From an uncultured bacterium (GTDB taxonomy: Bacteria; Lernaellota; Lernaellaia; Lernaellales; Lernaellaceae): a stretch of 13,453 nucleotides of DNA. The stretch covers positions 1 to 13,453 of the forward strand of contig CAZHPN010000164.1 in NCBI GenBank assembly GCA_964534375.1, written 5' to 3'. The notes below the pieces were generated by a model. That model did not search any database, was not told the DNA's origin, and worked only from the letters and a program-made list of their open reading frames with translations. This document shows, piece after piece, positions 6,050 to 13,453 of this stretch (positions within the stretch are counted from its first letter, which is position 1; each line of letters begins with the position of its first letter). The position numbers and the translations under genes are program-made.

Positions 6050-8104
6050 TCAATATTCCAGATTGTAGTTGTACCAATGCGCGAAGGTGGTCGCCGCCAT
6101 CAGAACGAACGCGAGCGCGACGGCAACCGCGCCGATGGTCCGGACGGCCGTCCGTCGCTGTCCCGACGGCAGCAGGTAGGTCAGAAACAGCCCGGCGAAG
6201 GGAACCAGATGAAACAACTTGTAAGCCGCCGCGTGCGCGGTCGCCGGCATAAAAACCGTCCAATAAGCGGCATCGACCAGCGGCGCGAGACAAAAAATGG
6301 CGGTCAGCATCACGTCGCCTTCGCGCAGCATAGCGCCGACGCACCACGCGGCGACGATGACGAGGAACGGCATGAGCGGAATGCGGTACCAGCCGAACGA
6401 CTTGTCCGAACTGATCGTGACGCTCGTAAAAACCAGCATGATCATCAGCGGCCAGATCACCATGCCGATCGAGGGTTTGCCGGCCTCGCCGGTCACCGAG
6501 AAATGGCGCCAGAAAACCACGGCGCACCACCAGAACCAGACGTAGGTCAAACCGCCGAAGCGCGCGGTAGTCACGCCCGTGTCGGTCAGCATCGTCCACA
6601 AACCGCGCGTCGAGAGCGCCGGCAACAACTGTTGGGCGTATTCGCGCGTTTGCAGGTTGGCGAAGACCCGCTTGAAGGTCTCCCAGCCGAAGATCGCGCC
6701 ATAAGCGAAATACGTGCTGAAAAACAGCACGCCGACGCCGATGACGATCAACGCCGCGTTCCAGCGGCGTTCGAGAACCAGCACCGCCGCCGTCGCGCCA
6801 ACCACCGCGACGCCCGTCCCCTTGAACACGCACGACAAGCCGGCCGCCAGCGCCGCCCCGGCCAGCGCGGCGCGCGACCGCGAATCGAGATAGCGCGCCG
6901 CGAACAACAACGCCCCGACAAACAGCGGCGTCAAGACGTTTTCGTCCTTTAACAGCCGCCCGGCAAAGGCCGCCGTGGGATTCAGCGCGTAAAAGGCGAC
7001 GGCCAGCAACGCCAGATCGCGACGACCCAGCGCGCGGACAGCCAGGAAATAAATCAGCAGCGCCGTCACCACCGCCAGCGCGATCGGCAGCGGCCGCGTT
7101 TCGCGAATGAAATACCGATCGTAGCGTTCGCTGAACTCGACGCCCCAACCGCGCAACAACAACCCCGTCACCAGCGCCAGGCCCGGCGTGTGATCGAAAA
7201 ACGGTTCGACGATCGTGAAGTTTTCGCCGAAGATCTTGCGGTTGGTTTTGATTTCCGAATGGCGGTAGGCGGGCAACTGCGACCACCCCGACGGCTCCCC
7301 GCGATACACGAGACTCAGCCCGTTGAGCATCGAGTCGTATTCGTCGGCGGTCTCGTTGGCGTAGGGCATGCGGTCGTAGCGCCACGCGCGCGTCGCCAGC
7401 GTAACCAGCAGCAACGCCGCCAGCGCGATCGCCGCACGCCGCGACGCCACGAAATTCCACACCGCGTCCGACGCGACCGGCCGCCGCCGCGCCAGCCAGG
7501 CCGCTTCCCCCGCGAACAGGGCGAGAAACAACACGATGCCGGCCGTCTTCGCCAACGGCAGAATCGGCCGCGTGCGGTAAAAATTCGACCACCCCAACGT
7601 GCGGAAGCCCTCATCGTTGCGCTGCCAGGTCAATTGCGGTCCCGTGTCGCCGCGATAGCTGGCCACGAACTGATGGAAGCCGGCGGCCAACGTTATCGGA
7701 CCGACTTCCGCCGAACGGGGCAGATTTTCCGTCCGCGAATCGATAGTGATGGACAGGATGCCCGGCGTTGCCGAGCGGAAAAAATAATGGCCGCCCGCGG
7801 GCACGCGCAGCCAGCCGCGCCACGTCGTTTGGAGAACGGGGATTCCCTGGTTGTCCCCAAACTTGTCCGTTTGCCAGCGCATGTAAACCGGTCCGGCGAA
7901 CAGTTGCCGTTTCGCGAAGTACATGCCCGGCTCGACGAGGGTCACGCACGGAATCAGATCCGTTTTCACCACCACGTCATATTCGGCAAGCAAACCGTGC
8001 GCCGGCCACAACGCATACGCGACGAGCGTCGGCGCCGCCAGCATCGCCAGGAACAGCGCCGGCATCTTCACCCGCAAAAATATCGATCGAATGATATTCT
8101 TCAA
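6050..8104 (-). CDS. GT-C membrane glycosyltransferase (ArnT/PMT-like, GT39/GT83 type) with an N-terminal PA14-like domain
   Basis: Many hydrophobic helices. Acidic loop ETADEY after the first TM of the GT domain, FFDHTPGL (DHPPL-type motif), GRLLKDE and CVFKGTG are typical of ArnT/PMT_2 enzymes. The N-terminal segment WRGWLRVPAGGHYFF...ITLAAGFHQFVASY...QLTWQ resembles PA14. The start codon (TTG 8104) is uncertain. Confidence 0.8.
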   Translation of the reverse strand: MKNIIRSIFLRVKMPALFLAMLAAPTLVAYALWPAHGLLAEYDVVVKTDLIPCVTLVEPGMYFAKRQLFAGPVYMRWQTDKFGDNQGIPVLQTTWRGWLRVPAGGHYFFRSATPGILSITIDSRTENLPRSAEVGPITLAAGFHQFVASYRGDTGPQLTWQRNDEGFRTLGWSNFYRTRPILPLAKTAGIVLFLALFAGEAAWLARRRPVASDAVWNFVASRRAAIALAALLLVTLATRAWRYDRMPYANETADEYDSMLNGLSLVYRGEPSGWSQLPAYRHSEIKTNRKIFGENFTIVEPFFDHTPGLALVTGLLLRGWGVEFSERYDRYFIRETRPLPIALAVVTALLIYFLAVRALGRRDLALLAVAFYALNPTAAFAGRLLKDENVLTPLFVGALLFAARYLDSRSRAALAGAALAAGLSCVFKGTGVAVVGATAAVLVLERRWNAALIVIGVGVLFFSTYFAYGAIFGWETFKRVFANLQTREYAQQLLPALSTRGLWTMLTDTGVTTARFGGLTYVWFWWCAVVFWRHFSVTGEAGKPSIGMVIWPLMIMLVFTSVTISSDKSFGWYRIPLMPFLVIVAAWCVGAMLREGDVMLTAIFCLAPLVDAAYWTVFMPATAHAAAYKLFHLVPFAGLFLTYLLPSGQRRTAVRTIGAVAVALAFVLMAATTFAHWYNYNLEY

Positions 8105-8129
8105 CTTAACGCTCTTTTCCGGACGCCGA

Positions 8130-8159
8130 AGTCTGCGCGAGCCGGCCGCCGACTGTCAA
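8130..8159 (-). promoter_or_regulatory. Putative sigma70 promoter for the PA14-GT-C gene
   Basis: Minus strand perfect TTGACA (8159-8154), 18 nt spacer, CAGACT (8135-8130), which keeps the conserved A-11 and T-7. It lies 25 nt upstream of TTG 8104. Confidence 0.4.
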
Positions 8160-8171
8160 GCGCGTCGCCAG

Positions 8172-8217
8172 AAACGGGTCCCGGGCGGCTCTGTTGCTCC
8201 CCGGAAGGGCCCCGTTT
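8172..8217 (-). terminator. Stem-loop, possible weak intrinsic terminator after the 8240-10384 gene
   Basis: AAACGGGTCCC (8172-8182) pairs with GGGCCCCGTTT (8207-8217): 11 bp, 1 mismatch. It starts about 22 nt after the stop. Only a short U-run (UUUCU) follows on the minus strand. Confidence 0.35.
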
Positions 8218-8239
8218 GCGCGAGCCGCTTTCATCGATT

Positions 8240-10384
8240 TCATGGACGGACGAGTTTGGGCGAGGCGCAAGGAATCGGCGCCAGGTCGTATTCGTTGGCG
8301 TGCGACGAACAGGGTTGGCAAAGGACCCCCTGTTCCGCCAACGCATCGCGCAGCACGGGAAAATCGATGGAATGGTATTTGAACTGGAATCGATTGAACG
8401 TATTTTTGATCCGCGTCGCCAATCCGGCCATAAAACCCTGGCGGAACGTTGCTCGCGCTTCCGCGTCCTCGGCGTAATGAAATGCAGCCTCGACCACCGA
8501 GCGCGCCGCCCGGATCGCGTCGTCGTCCAAGCCGGCCGCGTAGCCGAACCAAACGCCGAAACCGCGGGCCAACGCCAGCGAAAATTCGCGTTCCGTCAAT
8601 TGCGGGAAATAGGCCGAAAACTCGGCGGCGCGCGCCATCGCTTCCCGCTGAAGTTGCCCCTGATCGCGCGGCGTGCTCAACATGAATGCCGGAAGACGAG
8701 CGCCGATTTTCTCGTCGAGAATCCCGCGGCCCATGCCGTTCGTCGCCGCCAGCGCAATATTTTTTTCGACGGTCCCCATGCGCGACACGTCCGGTTCCGG
8801 AGGGGACGCCGACGCGAACGCCGGCGGCGCGCCCCGGTCGGCCAAGAATTGGGCAAGGCGCAATCCCTGCCCGATCGCGACATCGAGCCGAGCGAATTCC
8901 GGCCGCGAGTCGTCCTGGACAATTGCGACGAAGTCGTCCGTCGCCAGTCGGCGCCCAATCGCGACGTAGCCTTCCGGACGCCAGCGGCAGGGCAGTTTTG
9001 CGACCTCGGCGAAAGCCTCTTCGCGCGATCTCCAGCGGCTCGCGAGATCGTCGCCGACCAGTCGCCGGTAGTCGTCGCCGCGATGCGTCCGCTGCTGGCG
9101 CCAACCCTCGACCAGAACCCGCGCGTGCAACCCCGGGGGCGCCGCGATATTCGCAAATCCGGATAGCAGGAATGGCGTCATCACCAGCCATTTTTGATAC
9201 GGGCGCAGCCGCGCAAGAAAGAGCGACGCCAACGTGAAAAACGATAGCGAAAGCGTGGCGAAATATCGAGTTCCCGCCAGCGTGTCGAGGTCGAGTTCCT
9301 TGATGCTGAAGCCCAGGGCGGCGAAAAAAAAGAACAAATGAAACACGAGCAGCAACTTCGTCCATTGCGGGCCCGCCAGCTTGTTTTTTTTCGCCGCGAT
9401 CTCGCGAAATACGACCGCCACGCCGCCGGCGATCAGCAGCGGCCAGGCCATCGTCAGCAAATTGCCGGCGATGCCGCGGTAGCCGGCGCAAAACGGCAGT
9501 ATCCGAAAGAACAAATTCCACCAGCGCGCCGCGCAGACCGCCAATCTGCCGGCGACGTCCACCTGCCCCATTTCGATCGTCCGCGGGTAGTCCGGGGACA
9601 TGAGCACAGGCGACAAACCGATGGCGAAAGCGACGGCGCCCGGCCACAGCAATCGAAAGACGCCGTGGCGGCGCCAACGCAGGCCGGCGACCGTCGCGGC
9701 CGCCGCGACGAAGGGCAGATTTTCCGGCGAGAAAAACACGGCGAATCCCCCGACGAATCCGAACATAGACGTCTCGCCGAAGCGCGGGCCGTCGTTGGGC
9801 ATGCGCGTGAACAAGTAGAGCAGCAAGCCGAGAAAAAACAGGCTTTCGATGTGGATGGCGTAGGGTGCAAAATATGTCGACGCCAAGAACGGCGGCGGAA
9901 ACACGGCCCACAAAACGAACAGCAATCTCACCGGCGGCTCGTCGATGCGACCCAGCGCCAACGCCCAGAAAATGATCCCGCCGATCAGAAAGCAGGCGCT
10001 GAGCATCTTAAGCCATAGAAAGGACGAGCCGCACCATGCGTAAACCGGATACAGCAAAACGCCGAAGAGCATCGAACCAGTATTGTAAACACATTGATAG
10101 TGCCAGACCGACGACGCCAAACCATCGGCCAAACCAGCGGCGACATTGCCGATGGGCGCGCGATCCCCGATCTCCGCATCCGGGTCGAGAAAGCGGAACG
10201 AAAACATCAACAGGCCGAATGCCGCCGGCAGCGCCCACAGCCAGGCCCGGGCCAGCCGTGGGAAGCGCGCGGAAGCGGAGCAGGCGTTGCATCGGTCCAT
10301 GATTCCGCGTCGTCCCCCTGGCAAATGCGCCGCGGCGTCCGCTGCGGTTGGCGCGTTCGGAAGATCGTCGGTCGTCCGACTCAT
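8240..10384 (-). CDS. Multi-pass membrane protein, probable GT-C glycosyltransferase, with a soluble helical C-terminal domain
   Basis: About 10 or more TM segments in the N-terminal 430 aa. Acidic loop DPDAEIGD after TM1, followed by YQ..YNTGSML..LLYPVYAWCGSSFLWLKML, HIESL and a late RYF, a layout typical of ArnT-like GT-C proteins. The C-terminal part (about 280 aa) is hydrophilic. An alternative start is ATG 10300. Confidence 0.65.
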   Translation of the reverse strand: MSRTTDDLPNAPTAADAAAHLPGGRRGIMDRCNACSASARFPRLARAWLWALPAAFGLLMFSFRFLDPDAEIGDRAPIGNVAAGLADGLASSVWHYQCVYNTGSMLFGVLLYPVYAWCGSSFLWLKMLSACFLIGGIIFWALALGRIDEPPVRLLFVLWAVFPPPFLASTYFAPYAIHIESLFFLGLLLYLFTRMPNDGPRFGETSMFGFVGGFAVFFSPENLPFVAAAATVAGLRWRRHGVFRLLWPGAVAFAIGLSPVLMSPDYPRTIEMGQVDVAGRLAVCAARWWNLFFRILPFCAGYRGIAGNLLTMAWPLLIAGGVAVVFREIAAKKNKLAGPQWTKLLLVFHLFFFFAALGFSIKELDLDTLAGTRYFATLSLSFFTLASLFLARLRPYQKWLVMTPFLLSGFANIAAPPGLHARVLVEGWRQQRTHRGDDYRRLVGDDLASRWRSREEAFAEVAKLPCRWRPEGYVAIGRRLATDDFVAIVQDDSRPEFARLDVAIGQGLRLAQFLADRGAPPAFASASPPEPDVSRMGTVEKNIALAATNGMGRGILDEKIGARLPAFMLSTPRDQGQLQREAMARAAEFSAYFPQLTEREFSLALARGFGVWFGYAAGLDDDAIRAARSVVEAAFHYAEDAEARATFRQGFMAGLATRIKNTFNRFQFKYHSIDFPVLRDALAEQGVLCQPCSSHANEYDLAPIPCASPKLVRP

Positions 10385-10436
10385 TTCGGGTTTCTGTCAG
10401 GACAGTTGAATCCGGCAGGCGACGAAAAGCCGGCGG

Positions 10437-12332
10437 TCAGCAACTCGCGACCTTCTCTTGAATCTCGGCGAACGCTGCGACGACTTCCTTGAACTTCGCC
10501 CGCGCTTCCTCGCGCCGGCCGGCCGTCGCCGCGCGCGCCAGATCGGCCAACAGGCTCGGGAGGCGTTCGAGGCCCAGGCAGGCGGCCGACTCGGCCATCG
10601 TCGTGGCCGCTTCGCGAGCCCCAGAACCGCGCCCCGCCGCCAGGTCTTGGTCGAGTGTGCTCAGGTTTTGCGCAAATTCCTTCAGAAACAGGGCGAGGAT
10701 TTCGTCGACGGCGCCGGCTTCGCAATCGAAACGCGCCAGCAAATCGGCAACGAGCGGCGACGTCGTGGCTTTCCGGCGCGGCGCCTGGCGTTCTTTCAGA
10801 TACCGCTCGATCGCCTCGCGCAACACCGACGCATGGATCGGTTTGCCGATAATCTCCAGCATTCCCGGGATACGGCGCGGCTTCCGCGAACCCGGGCGGT
10901 TCGGCGGCGCCATGCCAATGACGGCCGGCTGCCGCAAGCCGCGCGACAGCGCCGATATCACCTCGCGCGCCTGGCCGACGTCGACAAACAATAAATCGTC
11001 GCCCAGCAGCAGGTCGATTTCGTCGACGCGGCGCGCGTGCGCCCGGCAACCCAGGTTTTCCAACAGTCGCAACATCACCAGGCAATGAACCGGGTTGCCG
11101 TCGATCACGCCGATCTGCAGTTGGCGGAACCGCAGTTCGCGCAACGAGTGGCGGGTGATTATCGCGGCGGGCTGCTTCGCCGGCGCTCGCTCCGCAAGCG
11201 GCGCCGCAACGGCCAACGCCCGCAGCAACAGCGACGGTTCGACCGGCTCGGTCAGGTAAGCCGCAAAGCCGATCTCGCGCAACCGCGCGGCGTCGCCGCG
11301 CCGACCCGTCGCCGCGACCAGGAGCAAGGCCGGACCGCGCATCGCCACGTCCGTCAACGCCGCGCGCCCGAAATCCTCCGCCGCCTGCCCGCCGCGGTCG
11401 CAAAATACCACGGCCGCCTGCAGCGGCGCGCCGCCGGTCGCCGCCCGCCGCATCGCCGTCAACGCGCCGGCGAACGAAGCCGCCATCTTGACCCGGCAGC
11501 CCCAGTCGCTGAACGCGGCCCGCCAGCGGCCGGCGCGTTCGCCGTCCGAATCGAGCAGCAATACGCGCATGCCTTCGAGCTTCGCCGGATGATCCGCCGC
11601 GACCGCCGCCCGGGTCGTTCGCCGGCCGAGCGCGATCGTGCACCACGCCTCCATTTCGGCCTCGCCGACTGCGGCCGCAAGGGTTCCGCCCATCGCGACG
11701 GCCAGCCGGCGGACCAGGGCGGCGCGCAGGACAGCCGGCGTCGGATCCTGACGCAGCCGTTGTTCCGCCGCGGCATCGTCCGTGAGCAACATCAGCCAGT
11801 CGCGGCGGCGATTCGCCGTCGCCGCCGCCGGGAATTGTGCGGAAAAACGCATGGCAAACGAATCCGGGTTTTCGCGCACCGGCGCGGCGGTCAACAAAAC
11901 GTCGGCCGGCGGCGCGTCGGTCGGTCCGAGCGACGCCAGATGCGCCAACAATTGCCGCAGCCGGCCGGGGTCGCCGACCGCGACGGCCGGCGTCTCGGGA
12001 TGCAACAGAAATTCGCAGTTCGCCCCGCGGCGCCGGCATTCCCGAAGCAGATCGTCCTGCACGCCGTCGAGCAAATCCCACAGGTCGAACGTCTCGCGAG
12101 CCAGCACGAAATTTCCTTCTTCCAGCCGCGTCAAATCGAGGATTTCGTTGATCAACGCCAGTAGCGCATGGGTTTCGCCCCGCGCCAGTTCCAAGAGGGC
12201 GCGCTGTTTGTCGTCGTCCGCGTTTTCCAAGAGCGCGGCGAACTCTTCGAGCAGCCCGCCGAGCGGCTGTCGCACGCGGCGGCTGAGGCCGGCAAACCAC
12301 GCGCGCCGGGGCGCCGATCGCTCTCGTTTCAC
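10437..12332 (-). CDS. Degenerate (pseudo) hybrid histidine kinase: HisKA-HATPase-REC-REC-Hpt, no sensor domain, 631 aa
   Basis: Start moved to GTG 12332 (GTGA overlap with the upstream stop; RBS GGGGAG 7 nt upstream). Scaffold motifs are recognisable: LLALINEILDLTRLEEG, FDL, VGDPGRLRQLL, RRLAVAMGG, LEGMRVLLLD, GRRGDAARLREIGFAAYLTEPV, IITRHSLRE, GKPI, ESAACLG. Most catalytic residues are substituted (see findings). Confidence 0.85.
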   Translation of the reverse strand: MKRERSAPRRAWFAGLSRRVRQPLGGLLEEFAALLENADDDKQRALLELARGETHALLALINEILDLTRLEEGNFVLARETFDLWDLLDGVQDDLLRECRRRGANCEFLLHPETPAVAVGDPGRLRQLLAHLASLGPTDAPPADVLLTAAPVRENPDSFAMRFSAQFPAAATANRRRDWLMLLTDDAAAEQRLRQDPTPAVLRAALVRRLAVAMGGTLAAAVGEAEMEAWCTIALGRRTTRAAVAADHPAKLEGMRVLLLDSDGERAGRWRAAFSDWGCRVKMAASFAGALTAMRRAATGGAPLQAAVVFCDRGGQAAEDFGRAALTDVAMRGPALLLVAATGRRGDAARLREIGFAAYLTEPVEPSLLLRALAVAAPLAERAPAKQPAAIITRHSLRELRFRQLQIGVIDGNPVHCLVMLRLLENLGCRAHARRVDEIDLLLGDDLLFVDVGQAREVISALSRGLRQPAVIGMAPPNRPGSRKPRRIPGMLEIIGKPIHASVLREAIERYLKERQAPRRKATTSPLVADLLARFDCEAGAVDEILALFLKEFAQNLSTLDQDLAAGRGSGAREAATTMAESAACLGLERLPSLLADLARAATAGRREEARAKFKEVVAAFAEIQEKVASC

Positions 12333-13453
12333 AGTCGACTCCCCCGTTGTTCCAGAAGGTTTCTGGCCATCTGCCGCGTGAACCCGGCGACGTTGCGGCT
12401 CATGCCCAGCCGCTTTAGGTCGGCGCTCGCCAGGATGCTGATGTGGCGAAAGACGAACCGCATCGGAGCCTTCGGATTGAAGCACAACGATCGCGTGACG
12501 TCATAATTCCGCAGCCATTCGCGATTGCGTGCGACTTTCTCCAGAATCGCCTGCGGCGTGGTGCGCTCTTTGATGACGTGAACGATCTCGCCGACGGTGA
12601 TCCGCGGATTTTCGAGCACGCTCTCTTGAATCAGCTTGTTCGGGTTGCGGATCAGTATCTGGCGCGTCTCCGAATTGCCGCGCCGCGCGAGCAGGATGCG
12701 GTCGACGATCGTCATGCGGGCGATGCGGCGCAGCAGCGGAACTTTTTTCGCCTCTTCCAGCGCCGTTTCCGGTTCCGCGGTCAAATCGTCGGCGAACAGT
12801 CCTTCGATATCGAAGTCGGCGGTGGCGAGATCCGGCAGACGCACGCAACGATGAAGATCCTCGTCCGGCACGGACAGCAAGCGCTCAGCCGCCGCGGCGT
12901 CGAGCGGCGGGGGGGTGGGCGCGACCGCCCGGCGCGCCGGCGGCCGGGCGAGCATTTCGGACGAAAGATCGGCGGTGAACGGCCGGCCTTTTTCGATCGC
13001 GTAAAACTTCGTCAAACGGTCGATGGCGCTCTGCGGCGTGTTTGGATTGCGCGTCAGGCCAAACAGAATGGCCGGGCTGCGGAGAATTGCGCGCTCGTTG
13101 CCGGCGATCGCCTCGATGACGCGATCGTGCGCCGCGGTTTCGGCCATTTCCGCGAGCGTCGCGTCCGTCACGTTTTGGTGCAGCGCGACTCGTTCGTGGA
13201 TGTGATGATTGTCGTACGGCCGATTCGCGACAAAATGCAGCAACTTCGGGTTGGCGGCGCCGGAAATGCCGATGAGCGTCAGGCTCTCCGGCAATTCGCG
13301 CAAGCTCTGTTGCGCTTCCTTCGCCACGTCGGGGTCTTTGTCGCCCGCCAGGTAGTACAGCGCCAAAAGCAGGTCGCGCGAGCCGAGCGGCACCAAGCCG
13401 CGGGCCCTGCCGAACCGCTGGGCCGGCAGCAAGTCCGGGATGAAGATCTCCCG
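12329..13453 (-). CDS. Conserved hypothetical alpha-helical repeat protein (LRV/HEAT-like); 5' end lies outside the window
   Basis: The frame stays open to the window edge (REIFIPD-LLPAQ...). Helical repeats with NP.TP motifs (LTRNPNTPQS, LENPRIT, KERTTPQAILEKVARNREW, CFNPKAP). The C-terminal block IARMTIVDRILLARRGNSETRQILIRNPNKLIQESVLENPRIT resembles a family I associate with deltaproteobacterial hypothetical proteins (from memory, not searched). Confidence 0.7.
   Translation of the reverse strand, partial: REIFIPDLLPAQRFGRARGLVPLGSRDLLLALYYLAGDKDPDVAKEAQQSLRELPESLTLIGISGAANPKLLHFVANRPYDNHHIHERVALHQNVTDATLAEMAETAAHDRVIEAIAGNERAILRSPAILFGLTRNPNTPQSAIDRLTKFYAIEKGRPFTADLSSEMLARPPARRAVAPTPPPLDAAAAERLLSVPDEDLHRCVRLPDLATADFDIEGLFADDLTAEPETALEEAKKVPLLRRIARMTIVDRILLARRGNSETRQILIRNPNKLIQESVLENPRITVGEIVHVIKERTTPQAILEKVARNREWLRNYDVTRSLCFNPKAPMRFVFRHISILASADLKRLGMSRNVAGFTRQMARNLLEQRGSRL

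Noticed and set aside
7190..9166. Long antisense or alternate-frame ORFs (7190-9166 +, 1406-2914 -, 4709-5932 +, 6000-7592 -, 8106-9911 -, 10381-12300 -, 44-442 + and others)
   Set aside because: They are Arg/Gly/Ala/Pro-rich shadow frames expected in high-GC DNA. They overlap better-supported genes and show no recognisable motifs.
10394..10405. CTGTC-AG-GACAG inverted repeat between the pseudokinase and GT-C genes
   Set aside because: The arms are only 5 bp, and there is no U-tract or associated promoter, so it could be chance.
10437..12332. Calling the degenerate kinase a pseudogene
   Set aside because: It has no frameshift or internal stop over 631 codons, keeps its RBS and translational coupling, and retains structural motifs while catalytic ones are lost.
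12909..12915. G7 tract and GCC-type microrepeats (also about 2410-2440)
   Set aside because: They simply encode proline-rich linkers and are unremarkable in GC-rich DNA.
1..13453. CRISPR arrays, tRNA/rRNA genes, IS elements, integrases
   Set aside because: I saw no regularly spaced direct repeats, cloverleaf or rRNA-like sequence, or transposase/integrase motifs. Intergenic spaces are short.

Overview
GC-rich (roughly two-thirds G+C by eye) bacterial DNA from a diderm organism, judged by its lipoproteins and an outer-membrane beta-barrel. Protein style suggests a Myxococcota/Deltaproteobacteria-like lineage, but that is inference. I can support ten genes. On the minus strand at the left are a truncated L-threonine 3-dehydrogenase (tdh, missed by the ORF track) and a secreted TPR protein. 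A divergent plus-strand pair follows: a YVTN/YncE beta-propeller lipoprotein and a small OmpA/OmpW-type beta-barrel, behind a good sigma54 (-24/-12) promoter with an IHF-like site. The rest is a minus-strand run, read right to left: a helical-repeat (LRV/HEAT-like) protein, a degenerate hybrid kinase coupled to it, two GT-C membrane glycosyltransferases (one with a PA14-like domain), and two coupled YVTN beta-propeller lipoproteins. The most unusual element is the intact 631-codon HisKA-HATPase-REC-REC-Hpt protein. It has no sensor and has lost both phospho-histidines, the ATP-binding boxes and the REC1 active site. Next is the cell-surface cluster of three beta-propeller lipoproteins, a barrel and two GT-C enzymes. 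I saw no RNA genes, CRISPR arrays or mobile elements. All family calls come from reading motifs by eye; no database searches were run.
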